A stretch of 64,000 bases of DNA from Bacteroidaceae bacterium (GTDB lineage Bacteria > Bacteroidota > Bacteroidia > Bacteroidales > Bacteroidaceae): the NCBI GenBank assembly GCA_017615245.1, contig JAGAAL010000035.1, positions 764 through 64,763 of the forward strand, given 5' to 3'. Position 1 is the first letter of the stretch. Each line of letters starts with the position of its first letter. Positions 18,652-29,189 of this stretch are shown here, piece by piece. The notes under the pieces were generated by a model. The model was not told the origin of the DNA, made no database searches, and was given only the letters and a program-made list of their open reading frames with translations. Made by a program: the position numbers and the translations under genes.

Positions 18652-20753
18652 TTCAGCGATCACAGGACATAAAGTATCTGCAAGGAGTAGGACCGGCTCG
18701 GGCCGACCTGCTCAGCAAGGAACTCGGCATCCGCACCGTGGGCGATTTGCTGACCTACTATCCATATAAGTATGTCGACAAGACCCACATCTACAAGATT
18801 CGCGAGATTGATGCCTCGATGCCTTATGTTCAAGTCATGGGACAGATTCTCTCTGCCGACGTTGTGGGTGAAGGGCGCGGGAAACGGCTTGTTGCTCGAC
18901 TGGTCGATGATACCGGTGTCATCGAATTGGTATGGTTCCAAGGCATCAAGTATGCGCTCAAAAACTACGATTTCAATGTGCCCTATGTAGTATTTGGCAA
19001 ACCAACTGTCTATGGAGGCCGACTCAATATTGCACATCCAGAAATCGAGAAAGTAGATCCCTCAAGGCCATTCGACGGCGAAAGTAAAAACCGTTATGTC
19101 CCCAGTTACAACACATCGGAGAAGATGAAGCGGTCGGGGTTGAACTCAGGGGCGATGATGAAACTTACCAGCAAACTTTTCGAGTTATTCGACAGTCCAT
19201 TCCCTGAGACGCTGAACACATATCTCGTGGAGCATTACCACCTTATCTCCTACGATGAAGCTATTCGTAACATCCATTTTCCACAATCTGCTGAATTGCT
19301 GCGCAAGGCACAGGTGCGACTGAAGTTCGAGGAACTCTTTTATGTCCAACTTAACATCCTGCGATATGCCCGCGACCGCATGCGTAAGTATCGGGGTATA
19401 GTGTTTCCCAAAATTGGCGATGCGTTCAACGGCTTCTACCATCACCACTTGCCTTTCGAGCTAACAGGTGCACAGAAGAGGGTGTTGAAGGAGATACGCA
19501 AGGACATGGGATCGGGTCGGCAAATGAACCGTTTGCTGCAAGGTGACGTTGGTTCTGGAAAGACGCTTGTGGCACTGATGAGTGCACTCATTGCCATCGA
19601 CAACCACAGTCAAGCTTGCATCATGGCCCCGACAGAGATATTGGCAGAGCAACATCTGCAAACCCTCCGTCAGTTCTTAGGCGACATGCCCATCCGCGTG
19701 GAACTACTTACAGGCAACGTAAAAGGGAAAAAACGCGAGACGATTCTCCGTGATTTAAAGAATGGAAGCGTCCATATCCTTGTCGGCACCCATGCCGTCA
19801 TTGAGGACAATGTGGTATTTATGCGTTTGGGACTGGCTGTCATCGATGAACAACATCGTTTCGGTGTGGCACAACGTGCGAAGATGTGGCAGAAAAACAA
19901 CGTACCGCCTCATGTACTTGTCATGACTGCCACCCCAATTCCTCGCACCCTCGCCATGACCCTCTACGGTGACCTCGATGTGAGTGTCATTGATGAACTA
20001 CCACCAGGCCGTAAACCTATCTATACCGTCCACATGTTCGATAACCATCGCGACAATATCTACCGCAAGCTACGGATGGAGTTGGAGCAAGGTCGTCAAG
20101 TCTACATTGTCTACCCTCTGATTCAGGAGAGTGAGAAGATGGATCTGAAGAACCTCGAAGACGGCTACGTGCAAGTATGCCGTCATTTCCCCGACTACAA
20201 GGTAGGAAAGGTACACGGTAAGATGAAGCCTGCAGAGAAGGATGCCGAAATGCAACGATTCGCCAGCGGTGAGACACAGATACTCGTCGCCACCACCGTC
20301 ATCGAAGTGGGCGTGAACGTACCAAATGCCAGTGTCATGGTCATTGAGAATGCTGAACGGTTCGGCCTCAGTCAGCTGCATCAGCTGCGTGGACGTGTAG
20401 GTCGTGGCGCCGACCAGTCCTATTGCATCCTCGTCACCAACTACGAAATAGGCACCGAGACCCGCAAACGTATCCAAATTATGGTTGACTCCACCGATGG
20501 GTTCGAGATTGCCGAAGCCGACCTTCGCCTGCGTGGACCTGGCGACCTTGAAGGCACTCAGCAGAGCGGCATGGCATTCGACCTCAAAATAGCCAATCTC
20601 GCCTCCGATGGACAAATACTTACTCTCGCTCGCGAAGCGGCTACTACTATCCTCGACAACGACCCCGACGAGCGGAATCCCCAAAACGACATCCTGTGGC
20701 GCCGACTTCAGGAGTTGCGGCGCACCAACATCAATTGGGGTGCCATAAGTTGA
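18648..20753 (+). CDS. recG: ATP-dependent DNA helicase RecG
   Basis: GDVGSGKT, DEQHRFG and QLHQLRGRVGRG motifs. The ATG at 18648 (MIQRSQDIKYLQGVGP...) overlaps the upstream stop as ATGA. Confidence 0.92.
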   Translation: MIQRSQDIKYLQGVGPARADLLSKELGIRTVGDLLTYYPYKYVDKTHIYKIREIDASMPYVQVMGQILSADVVGEGRGKRLVARLVDDTGVIELVWFQGIKYALKNYDFNVPYVVFGKPTVYGGRLNIAHPEIEKVDPSRPFDGESKNRYVPSYNTSEKMKRSGLNSGAMMKLTSKLFELFDSPFPETLNTYLVEHYHLISYDEAIRNIHFPQSAELLRKAQVRLKFEELFYVQLNILRYARDRMRKYRGIVFPKIGDAFNGFYHHHLPFELTGAQKRVLKEIRKDMGSGRQMNRLLQGDVGSGKTLVALMSALIAIDNHSQACIMAPTEILAEQHLQTLRQFLGDMPIRVELLTGNVKGKKRETILRDLKNGSVHILVGTHAVIEDNVVFMRLGLAVIDEQHRFGVAQRAKMWQKNNVPPHVLVMTATPIPRTLAMTLYGDLDVSVIDELPPGRKPIYTVHMFDNHRDNIYRKLRMELEQGRQVYIVYPLIQESEKMDLKNLEDGYVQVCRHFPDYKVGKVHGKMKPAEKDAEMQRFASGETQILVATTVIEVGVNVPNASVMVIENAERFGLSQLHQLRGRVGRGADQSYCILVTNYEIGTETRKRIQIMVDSTDGFEIAEADLRLRGPGDLEGTQQSGMAFDLKIANLASDGQILTLAREAATTILDNDPDERNPQNDILWRRLQELRRTNINWGAIS

Positions 20754-20781
20754 TTGTCCTAAAGTTGTATTGAAGAACCGT

Positions 20782-22320
20782 ATGAGAAGAAAAACAAACA
20801 TCATCATCATTACACTCGCTTCACTGATTTTTATGGGGTGTGAGCGTGTCTTCGGGCCTACCGAAGCCGATTTGTCGGCCTTCAGGGAATATGTCTATCG
20901 TATCGATTCCCTACAGCTGCGTACCCAATTCGGCCAGATAATGAATGATGACACCACGCACGATGATGTCAGGGCGGCTGTCCGCCAATGCTATATGGAC
21001 AGGATAGGCACCAATCATTTCTCGTTATGGCTCACGCGGATGGGTATCGACAATGATGCAGATGCCTTGTTGGCTTGGTTACAACGAGAGGTGCCAGCAG
21101 CAGGTCTCGATCCCAAAGCTTTTCGTTTGGAAGAAATTGCGCAAGACTTAAACGTGGTACACCTCTTGGCATTCGATTCTCTTGGCATTGACATCAACAC
21201 CCTACTGCCCCGACTCGACTACAACCTGTCGCAAGCCTACGTCCGCTATGCTGTTGGACAGCGTTATGGCTTCGTAAACCCAAGTAAGTTGCTGAACCAA
21301 CTGGATTATAATCAGGAGTCAAATGGCTTTATGCGATTATTCGACTATGAAGTAACGGCTCCTGAATACACAGAGGTCGTTCATCACCTACTGGCGGACG
21401 ATAGAATGGGCTACCTGCGCCAGTCATCGCCCAACGATTCCGTCTACATGAAATTGCAGACCCGTCTTTCGACCTCTACCGATGCTGCCGAGCGCCGTAA
21501 GTTAGCCGTCAATATGGAACGTTGCCGATGGCAGCTAAAAAAGCCGCTTGCCAACGAACGGATGGTGCTCGTCAACCTTCCTTCACAACAATTATGGTGC
21601 GTTTGTCCCGACTCCGTCATCAATATGCGCATCTGCTTTGGCAAGACACGTACCAAAACACCCCTGCTGCAAAGCAACATCACTCGCATTGAAGTCAATC
21701 CCGATTGGATCATCACTCCCAATATCATCAAGAACGAAGTGTCCGTTCATGCAGGCGATTCGGCCTATTTCGCCCGCAATCGCTACTATATTGTCGACAT
21801 GAGTTCGGGCGACACACTCAATCCTACCCATGTCAGTGTCAACCAGTTGCAATCAGGGCGGCTGCGAGTGGGACAACGTGGCGGTGCAGGCAATTCATTG
21901 GGACGTATCGTGTTCCGGTTCCCTAACAACTTCTCGGTCTATTTGCACGACACCAGCAACCGCGGTGCGTTCGACCTTGCTCAACGCACATTATCACATG
22001 GCTGCATCCGTGTACAGAAACCGTTCGATCTTGCTCTCTTTGCGCTTCCTGAGTTAGAGGAATGGGACGTGGAACGTCTGCGCTTGTCAATGGACATCAA
22101 ACCTGAAACAGAAAAGGGATTGCAGTATCTGGAGGAACATCGTAATGATCCGCGTCCACTGCGGCTATTCAATCAACATGCCATCTCTCCCACCCTGCCA
22201 CTCTACATCGTCTACTACACGGTCTATCCCAATCCCGAGACTGGCATCGTGGAGTACTGGTCCGATCCCTATGGTTACGATTCCGTAATTGCCAACGCAC
22301 ACCCGTGCTTGCTCCGTTGA
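20782..22320 (+). CDS. L,D-transpeptidase family protein (YcbB-like lipoprotein)
   Basis: YkuD active-site context LSHGCIRV. Lipobox LIFMGC. The ATG at 20782 is preferred over the TTG at 20770. Confidence 0.8.
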   Translation: MRRKTNIIIITLASLIFMGCERVFGPTEADLSAFREYVYRIDSLQLRTQFGQIMNDDTTHDDVRAAVRQCYMDRIGTNHFSLWLTRMGIDNDADALLAWLQREVPAAGLDPKAFRLEEIAQDLNVVHLLAFDSLGIDINTLLPRLDYNLSQAYVRYAVGQRYGFVNPSKLLNQLDYNQESNGFMRLFDYEVTAPEYTEVVHHLLADDRMGYLRQSSPNDSVYMKLQTRLSTSTDAAERRKLAVNMERCRWQLKKPLANERMVLVNLPSQQLWCVCPDSVINMRICFGKTRTKTPLLQSNITRIEVNPDWIITPNIIKNEVSVHAGDSAYFARNRYYIVDMSSGDTLNPTHVSVNQLQSGRLRVGQRGGAGNSLGRIVFRFPNNFSVYLHDTSNRGAFDLAQRTLSHGCIRVQKPFDLALFALPELEEWDVERLRLSMDIKPETEKGLQYLEEHRNDPRPLRLFNQHAISPTLPLYIVYYTVYPNPETGIVEYWSDPYGYDSVIANAHPCLLR

Positions 22321-22416
22321 CCTTCCTCCCCCTCGAAATCAGCGTTTTATCTCTACATTTCCCTTGATTTTGTGCATTGATGGTAGGAAAACAAACGCAC
22401 ATTATAATTAAATGCT

Positions 22417-22424
22417 TATCTTTG
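22417..22424 (+). promoter_or_regulatory. -7 box TATCTTTG
   Basis: Exact TAnnTTTG match 24 nt upstream of the ATG at 22448. Confidence 0.6.
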
Positions 22425-22447
22425 CAACGTAAATCATTGTGAAGCTT

Positions 22448-22999
22448 ATGAAACCTATCTTTCTGTTTCTGGCCACTGGTTTCCAGGAAACCGAGGCTAT
22501 CGCACCAATCACCGTATGTCGTAAAGCGGGATTGCTAATCAAGACGGTATCAGTCACGGGCAATATGTTCGTGGAGAGTGCAATGGGTGTAACTATTAAG
22601 GCAGACATGCTGTTCGAAGAAGCCGACTTCAGCAATGCCGCCATGCTTGTCATGCCTGGTGGTATGCCAGGTAGTACGAACCTATATGACTTCGCTCCAC
22701 TGCGCGAACTGATTATACATCACTACGAAGCAGGTAAGCCACTGGCTGCCATTTGTGCCGCACCACTCGTCTATGGACGTATGGGTCTGCTTCGTGGTGT
22801 GAAAGCAACCTGCTACCCAGGCTGTGAAGACGAGCAGTGGGGAGCTATCATCACAGACGGTGCAGCAGTTACCGACGGGCAGTTTATCACAGGTCACGGA
22901 CCTGGGGCAGCCCTCGACTTCGGTTATGCCATCGTTGACTATTTGGCAGGCCCTGAGGCTGTCAAACGTGTAAAAGAAGGAATGGTATGGCCGTACTAG
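22448..22999 (+). CDS. DJ-1/PfpI family protein
   Basis: LATGFQETEA N-terminus and nucleophile elbow AAICAAP. Confidence 0.85.
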   Translation: MKPIFLFLATGFQETEAIAPITVCRKAGLLIKTVSVTGNMFVESAMGVTIKADMLFEEADFSNAAMLVMPGGMPGSTNLYDFAPLRELIIHHYEAGKPLAAICAAPLVYGRMGLLRGVKATCYPGCEDEQWGAIITDGAAVTDGQFITGHGPGAALDFGYAIVDYLAGPEAVKRVKEGMVWPY

Positions 23000-23003
23000 G
23001 GAA

Positions 23004-23047
23004 AATTAAAAAATGTAAGAATTTAAGAATTAAAAAATGTAAGAATT
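23004..23047. repeat. AT-rich direct repeat, 2 x 20 bp (aattaaaaaatgtaagaatt) with a 24-bp period
   Basis: Perfect copies at 23004-23023 and 23028-23047. The word taagaatt occurs three times. The second copy abuts and overlaps the alternative TTG start (23046) of ispD. Confidence 0.9.
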
Positions 23048-23048
23048 G

Positions 23049-23690
23049 ATGACGAAGGCAGTTATTATCGTCGCAGGCGGAAAAGGGTTACGCATGGGTG
23101 GCGACATTCCCAAGCAGTTCTTGGTGGTAAAGGGCAAACCTATTCTGATGCATACCATCGAGCGATTCCATGACTTCGACCCATCGATGCAGATTGTTGT
23201 AGTCCTACCAAAAGACCAGCACGACTATTGGAATGAACTATGCCAACAATATAGGTTCAACATCCCGATTACTATTGCCAACGGCGGTATCGAGCGATTC
23301 CATTCCGTGAAGAACGGCATCGCGGCAGTTACCCCTGAAGCACAACTCATCGGAGTACACGATGGCGTGCGTCCGTATGTAGCGATTGATGTTATCCGTC
23401 GTTGCTATGAAGCAGCCGCAGCCGATGGAGCTGCCATCCCTGTAGTAGATGTCGTAGAAACCCTCCGTCACATCACGCCTGACGGCAGTCACACCGTACC
23501 ACGAAGTGAATACAAACTGGTGCAGACTCCCCAGGTATTCCAAGCTGATATCCTTCGCCGTGCCTACGAACAACCATTCAATCCCGGCTTCACCGATGAT
23601 GCCAGTGTGGTAGAAGCAATCGACCAGCGCATCACGCTGGTCGAAGGAAATCGGGAAAACATTAAGATAACTACCAAAGCTGATTTATAA
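23049..23690 (+). CDS. ispD: 2-C-methyl-D-erythritol 4-phosphate cytidylyltransferase
   Basis: [22 protein letters not shown] and VHDGVRP motifs. Confidence 0.9.
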   Translation: MTKAVIIVAGGKGLRMGGDIPKQFLVVKGKPILMHTIERFHDFDPSMQIVVVLPKDQHDYWNELCQQYRFNIPITIANGGIERFHSVKNGIAAVTPEAQLIGVHDGVRPYVAIDVIRRCYEAAAADGAAIPVVDVVETLRHITPDGSHTVPRSEYKLVQTPQVFQADILRRAYEQPFNPGFTDDASVVEAIDQRITLVEGNRENIKITTKADL

Positions 23691-23703
23691 GGGGGTCTTC
23701 CTT

Positions 23704-25071
23704 TTAGAAATTCACATCCACACCCACGCCAAACACACGATTCTCGCGGTGGTAGACGATATTGCTGACAGCGGTTGTCTGCGTATGATCCTTATAATTC
23801 GTCTGGAAATAGGCAGCGTTGAGTTTCACCTTGTCCGTCACTTTCACCCCTACTCCAAGTCCGAACGAATAGCTGTTGAGGTTGAACGAAAGGTCAGAGT
23901 AGTTCGCCTCCGACTGGTCGTACATCGTCTTCTGATAACCAGCACTCACTTCGATGCGGTCAGTCAGGTCGTAGGCAGCACCCAGCGTAAACTCATTCGT
24001 ATCCTTCACGAGGTCTTTGCTCCACTGACGCGTGTCGCGGTCAAAGTACATGTGATAGCCTGCGTTGAGACGCAACTTCTCGATAGGTGTTACCTGAACA
24101 CCTACTGCCAAGTAGCCTGGAAGATCCATCTGAGTCTCTGCTTCGTCGAGATAGTTGGCAAAAGCAGCACGCTGACCAGCCATCTGGTTGAACGCATCAT
24201 TGTTCTTTGCATCAGCCTTCACTGTGATAGGAGTGCGGAACTCATACTTTGCAGCTAGGTTCACATAGTCGTTCACCTTATAATCTATACCGATGATAGG
24301 AGCCAAACCCAGTCCCGTCTGCTTGCAATCGAGCACATAGTTGTTAGGATAGTTCACAATAGTATAATCATTCGGATTGGTCTGCATACGGAAAGTGATG
24401 TTGTCAATATATCCATCGTAATTGTTCCATGCATAAATGGCACGGATACCCAAGCTCACGCTCAGCTTCTCATTCAACTTACGAGCAGCAGCCAGCGTCG
24501 TGCCGAAGAAATACGACTTACCCTTCAGGTAGCTATCCAAGCTATATCCGCCAAAACCAACATTCATTTGCTCCATCGTCGTCTTAGCCATCTGGCCCAC
24601 CAGTGCCTCGAACGAACCTACGCCATTCTTGAACTCACAGGTACCACCACCTCCGATGATGCCGAAACCGAACTGGAACGCCCAATCATTCTTGTTATAT
24701 GCCAAGTAGAGCGATGGCTGGATAGGCACATGTACACGACCCTTATACAATCGGCTCGCTGATCCGTCAGCCTCTGGAGTACCAGGATTCAGATAGTTCG
24801 CCCCGAACAGCGCACCATAGCTGCTACGCGAATCACGCTTCTGATGCGGACTCTGCCAGTTGAACTGGAAGTGCCAGCCTTCATCGAGGAAGCTCACACC
24901 TGCAGGGTTGTAATACACACCATCGATGTCGATAGCAGCGTCACGCGATGGATTTCTCAAAAAACCGATACTTTGATTTGTGTTTGTCAAATAATCTCCT
25001 GCCCACACCTCGGTCATCGTTCCGCCGAGCATCAGGTATAAGGAGCACAATGTAATAACTCTTTTCTTCAT
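23704..25071 (-). CDS. Outer membrane transport protein, OMPP1/FadL/TodX family
   Basis: 455 aa. Has a signal peptide, an N-terminal ...NPAGVSFL... segment and a beta-barrel ending in GVGVDVNF. Confidence 0.75.
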   Translation of the reverse strand: MKKRVITLCSLYLMLGGTMTEVWAGDYLTNTNQSIGFLRNPSRDAAIDIDGVYYNPAGVSFLDEGWHFQFNWQSPHQKRDSRSSYGALFGANYLNPGTPEADGSASRLYKGRVHVPIQPSLYLAYNKNDWAFQFGFGIIGGGGTCEFKNGVGSFEALVGQMAKTTMEQMNVGFGGYSLDSYLKGKSYFFGTTLAAARKLNEKLSVSLGIRAIYAWNNYDGYIDNITFRMQTNPNDYTIVNYPNNYVLDCKQTGLGLAPIIGIDYKVNDYVNLAAKYEFRTPITVKADAKNNDAFNQMAGQRAAFANYLDEAETQMDLPGYLAVGVQVTPIEKLRLNAGYHMYFDRDTRQWSKDLVKDTNEFTLGAAYDLTDRIEVSAGYQKTMYDQSEANYSDLSFNLNSYSFGLGVGVKVTDKVKLNAAYFQTNYKDHTQTTAVSNIVYHRENRVFGVGVDVNF

Positions 25072-25102
25072 TACTATAAACCTTTTATGCTAAAAACGGC
25101 TG

Positions 25103-25110
25103 CAAAGTTA
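25103..25110 (-). promoter_or_regulatory. -7 box TAACTTTG (minus strand) for the FadL-like gene
   Basis: The plus strand reads caaagtta. Lies 32 nt upstream of the ATG at 25071. Confidence 0.55.
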
Positions 25111-25297
25111 CCAAAAATTACACAATCTGGAGCCAGTTCGTGCACTTAATTACATTCTTGCTCCTCTTTCCGCTCATACGCCCCGTCAAAACGCGCACAT
25201 AACCATAAAGAACGCGCAATAGAGAGATTAAACGACACTCTATTCTCTATATCGTGACTTATATTACAAATGATTTGGCTAATCCCCAAAAAACACT

Positions 25298-25305
25298 TAT
25301 CTTTG
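25298..25305 (+). promoter_or_regulatory. -7 box TATCTTTG for the GH53 gene
   Basis: Exact TAnnTTTG match. The 69-bp repeat copy 2 lies between it and the ATG at 25392. Confidence 0.6.
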
Positions 25306-25307
25306 CA

Positions 25308-25376
25308 AAAAATTCGGTTAAGCGAGTACAATAAAAGCTCGTTTTTATTGTCGAGCTGTAGAATTTTATGTAAAAA
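25308..25376 (-). repeat. 69-bp dispersed intergenic repeat, copy 2
   Basis: The reverse complement matches 1362-1430 at 64 of 69 positions. Confidence 0.9.
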
Positions 25377-25391
25377 TTCGGGTAACAAGCA

Positions 25392-26432
25392 ATGAAACAA
25401 TTACTGACTACAGTTTTTCTGCTCCTACTGACACTCACGGCAGCGGCGCAGAAGTCTCAGAAAAAGGCTGATTTCGTGAAAGGCGCCGACGTGGGTTTCC
25501 TAACAAGTCAGGAACGGCGAGGACAGAAATTCCATGATGTCAAAGGGAACGAGCGCGAATGTCTGGAACTGTTGAAGAACGACTACCAGATGTCGGCTAT
25601 CCGTATGCGTGTCTGGGTAAATCCCCGTGGTGGCGACTGCGACAAGAACGTACTCCTTGCGATGGCGAAGCGAGTGAAAGCACTGGGTATGGATTTCATG
25701 GTCGACTTTCACTACAGCGACTCGTGGGCCGACCCTGGTAAGCAACCTATTCCACAAGCATGGCGTGGTCATACTTTCGAAGAGATGACACAAGATCTTC
25801 GCAACCACACCATCGAAGTGCTGTCGCTGCTGAAGGAGAACGGCATCACCCCACGTTGGGTACAGGTAGGCAACGAAACCACCAATGGACTTCTATGGGA
25901 TATGGGCCATATCGAGAAGAATCCGCAGCAGTATGCAGGCTTCATCCGCGCCGGCTACAATGCCGTGAAGGAAGTCTTCCCCCAAGCGATTGTAATTGTC
26001 CACCTTGACCGCGGACACCGTCAGGACATCTACGACAAGAATCTCGACACCATCCTGAGGTATGGCGGCAAGTTCGACATGATAGGCATGTCGCTCTATC
26101 CCTATTGGGCCATGGAGGGACATCCCGAGCTGAAGGCCGACGACATCATCACCGATTGCATCAAGAACATCCGCTACGTGAGCAAAAAGTACAAGTGCGA
26201 CGTGATGATTGTGGAAACAGGTTACGAAGTGAACGAGCAGCATCCCGAAATCATAGAGGAAGGACGCCGTCAGTTGGCACGCGTCATCCGTGAGGCCCGT
26301 AACGAAACCAATGGCAGATGCCGTGGCGTCTTCTACTGGGAACCTCAATGTATGCCTGGCGGATACAAACTGGGGGCATTCGACAGAACAGGAACACCTA
26401 CCGCCATCATGGACGGATTCTTGGAAAAATAG
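25392..26432 (+). CDS. Arabinogalactan endo-beta-1,4-galactanase (GH53)
   Basis: Acid/base context VQVGNETTNG, nucleophile context VMIVETGY, plus a signal peptide. Confidence 0.85.
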   Translation: MKQLLTTVFLLLLTLTAAAQKSQKKADFVKGADVGFLTSQERRGQKFHDVKGNERECLELLKNDYQMSAIRMRVWVNPRGGDCDKNVLLAMAKRVKALGMDFMVDFHYSDSWADPGKQPIPQAWRGHTFEEMTQDLRNHTIEVLSLLKENGITPRWVQVGNETTNGLLWDMGHIEKNPQQYAGFIRAGYNAVKEVFPQAIVIVHLDRGHRQDIYDKNLDTILRYGGKFDMIGMSLYPYWAMEGHPELKADDIITDCIKNIRYVSKKYKCDVMIVETGYEVNEQHPEIIEEGRRQLARVIREARNETNGRCRGVFYWEPQCMPGGYKLGAFDRTGTPTAIMDGFLEK

Positions 26433-26466
26433 AAACACATCCACAACATTCGTTCTCACGAAATAG

Positions 26467-26499
26467 AATTAGGAGCAGTCTTTATGATTGCTCCTAATT
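26467..26499. terminator. Bidirectional hairpin terminator between the convergent GH53 and leuB genes
   Basis: 11-bp stem (aattaggagca / tgctcctaatt) with T-rich flanks on both strands. Confidence 0.5.
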
Positions 26500-26537
26500 T
26501 TGTCCCTGGCTTTTGTTTGTCAGAGAAGTTTTCGTTC

Positions 26538-27608
26538 CTAAACTTGCTCTTTGTTGTTGATGTAATCGACTATCCACTGCCCAACTTCGCGAGTGCCGTA
26601 CTTGGCACCGCCTTCGACTTGTATCTCGGGCGTGCGGACATTGGCATCGAGGCTGGCATTGACGGCCTCACGAATGAGTGCACCCTCTGCCTTAAGGTCG
26701 AAGTACTCAAACAGCATGGCAACGGAAAGAATCTGTGCCAACGGGTTGGCGATGTTGAGACCCTTGGCCTGTGGCCATGAGCCATGGATAGGTTCGAATA
26801 CGGGTGTATGCTCACCTGTGCTGGCTGACGGAAGGAGTCCCATAGAACCTGTGATGCATGAGCCTTCATCGGTGAGGATGTCACCAAAAGTATTCTCTGT
26901 GACCATGACATCGAAGAATGTTGGTTCCTGAATCATGCGCATAGCAGCATTGTCGACATACATGTAGTCGGTAGTTACATCGGGATACTGAGGGGCTATC
27001 TCCTGTGCAACGGCACGCCACAGACGGCTGGATGCGAGGACATTGGCCTTATCGACCACGGTGAGGTGCTTACGGCGCTGCATGGCATACTGATATGCCA
27101 CACGTAGGATGCGCTCTACTTCCTTTCGGGTGTAGTAGTTGGTATCATAAGCCACATCGTTACCTTCTTTCTTCTCGCCAAAATACATACCACCTGTCAG
27201 CTCACGGATGCAGATGAAGTCGGCACCACGTACCAGTTCGTCCTTCAACGGTGACTTGTGAATAAGGCAGTCGAAGGTCTCGACCGGACGGATATTGGCA
27301 AACAAGCCGAGTTTCTTACGCATAGCCAGCAAACCCTGCTCAGGACGCACCTTGGCATTAGGGTTGTTGTCGAACTTAGGGTCGCCAACGGATGCAAAGA
27401 GGACGGCATCGGCTTCCATACATGTCTGGAAGGTTTCCTCTGGGAATGGGTCGCCTACCTCATCAATGGCATGGGCGCCACAAAGTGCTTCCTTATAGCT
27501 GACCTCATGTCCGAATTTCTTACACACGGCGCTCATCACTTTCACGCCTTGTTCCATAATCTCTGGGCCGATTCCATCGCCCGAAAGAACTGCAATTTTA
27601 AGTTTCAT
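26538..27608 (-). CDS. leuB: 3-isopropylmalate dehydrogenase
   Basis: [18 protein letters not shown]-terminus with family-typical sequence throughout. Confidence 0.95.
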   Translation of the reverse strand: MKLKIAVLSGDGIGPEIMEQGVKVMSAVCKKFGHEVSYKEALCGAHAIDEVGDPFPEETFQTCMEADAVLFASVGDPKFDNNPNAKVRPEQGLLAMRKKLGLFANIRPVETFDCLIHKSPLKDELVRGADFICIRELTGGMYFGEKKEGNDVAYDTNYYTRKEVERILRVAYQYAMQRRKHLTVVDKANVLASSRLWRAVAQEIAPQYPDVTTDYMYVDNAAMRMIQEPTFFDVMVTENTFGDILTDEGSCITGSMGLLPSASTGEHTPVFEPIHGSWPQAKGLNIANPLAQILSVAMLFEYFDLKAEGALIREAVNASLDANVRTPEIQVEGGAKYGTREVGQWIVDYINNKEQV

Positions 27609-27653
27609 TGTTGTATCTTTTTATAAATATGATTCGTTAGGGGAGGTTTCCCA

Positions 27654-29189
27654 TTATGGCTCTATCAGATTCAGCATTTTGATGGTGGCTTTGATGGCCG
27701 CCTCTGTCTGGTCTGCGTCAAGGCCACGGGTGCGATAGGCTTTGTCCTCATAGGTCCACGAGATGGATGTCTGAACAAGGGCATCCGTACGTCCTCCAGG
27801 TGGGATGGTCACGACGTAGTTGGTGAGCCAAGGGAACGGACGATGTAACTTGTCACGATAGATGTGACGCACACAATGCACGAAAGCATCGTACATACCG
27901 TCACCCATTGCCGACTCTTCGTAGACCTCTCCATTGACTTCGAGCTTCACACTGGCCATAGGCTTGAGGCCATAGGCGGTGCTGACCATATAGCTGAGCA
28001 ACTTGACCTTCTCATCGGGTGTACTGTGTTTGAGTACATCGCTGACGATATACGGAAGATCTTCCTGTGTGACAATCTGTTTCTTGTCACCTAACTCGAT
28101 GATGCGATCGGTAACGCGGCGTGTCTGCTCGGGTGTGAGTTCAAGTCCCAATTCCTCAAGGTTCTTTAGGATATTGGCCTTTCCGCTGTTCTTGCCGAGC
28201 GCATACTCGCGCTTGCGTCCAAACCGTTCGGGGAGCAGGTCATTGCAGTAGAGGTTGTTCTTATTGTCACCATCGGCATGGACGCCTGCCACCTGGGTGA
28301 AGACATTCTCGCCGATGATGGGTTTGTTTGACGGGATGGCCATACCCGAATAGCTCTCGATGAGGTGGCTCACCTCGTTGAGCTTCACTTCGTTGATATT
28401 GGTCTGTACCTTCAGTTGGTCTTTCAGGATGGCCTGCACACTGCTCAGCGGTGCATTACCTGCACGCTCTCCCAATCCGTTAACACAAGTGTGGATACCA
28501 CGACAGCCTTCCAGCACGGCATACATGACGTTCGACGTAGCGAGGTCGTAGTCATTGTGTGCATGGAAGTCAAAATGCAACGTGGGGAACCACTCTACCA
28601 TCTGACGCACATACTGCTGCGTCTGCACAGGATTGAGTACGCCCAAGGTATCGGGCAACATGAAACGCAAGACACCATATTCTTTCAGCGCAGCAACAAA
28701 ATCATGCACGTACTGCGGAGAGTCTTTCATGCCGTTGCTCCAGTCCTCCAAGTAGATGTTGACAGCAATGCCCAATCTATGTGCATAGTCGATGGATTGA
28801 CGGATGTCGGCAAGATGCTCGTCGAGGGTTTTCTTCAGCTGATAGACGCAATGGCGCTCGCTGCCCTTGCAGAGGAGATTGACCACCTTGCATCCGCAGT
28901 CGTTGAGCCAATCGATGGATGTATGACCGTCAACAAATCCCAGCACTTCTACCCTATCGAGTTTCCCTGCCATGTTTGCCCACTTGCAGATGCTGCGGAC
29001 AGCATCTTTCTCGCCATCGGACACACGGGCAGATGCCACCTCGATGCGGTCGACATTCAAATCCTGCAACAGCATCCTTGCCACGATGAGTTTCTCATGC
29101 GGAACGAAGGACACTCCGTTGGTCTGTTCACCGTCGCGGAGGGTCGTGTCCATGATCTCAACAGACCCACCCCTTTTACTTAGATTCAT
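27654..29189 (-). CDS. LeuA/CimA family synthase, probably (R)-citramalate synthase
   Basis: [11 protein letters not shown], a HMGL-like barrel (HAHNDYDLA) and a LeuA-dimer-like C-terminal domain. It is the second paralog in the leu operon. Substrate assignment is an inference. Confidence 0.75.
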   Translation of the reverse strand: MNLSKRGGSVEIMDTTLRDGEQTNGVSFVPHEKLIVARMLLQDLNVDRIEVASARVSDGEKDAVRSICKWANMAGKLDRVEVLGFVDGHTSIDWLNDCGCKVVNLLCKGSERHCVYQLKKTLDEHLADIRQSIDYAHRLGIAVNIYLEDWSNGMKDSPQYVHDFVAALKEYGVLRFMLPDTLGVLNPVQTQQYVRQMVEWFPTLHFDFHAHNDYDLATSNVMYAVLEGCRGIHTCVNGLGERAGNAPLSSVQAILKDQLKVQTNINEVKLNEVSHLIESYSGMAIPSNKPIIGENVFTQVAGVHADGDNKNNLYCNDLLPERFGRKREYALGKNSGKANILKNLEELGLELTPEQTRRVTDRIIELGDKKQIVTQEDLPYIVSDVLKHSTPDEKVKLLSYMVSTAYGLKPMASVKLEVNGEVYEESAMGDGMYDAFVHCVRHIYRDKLHRPFPWLTNYVVTIPPGGRTDALVQTSISWTYEDKAYRTRGLDADQTEAAIKATIKMLNLIEP

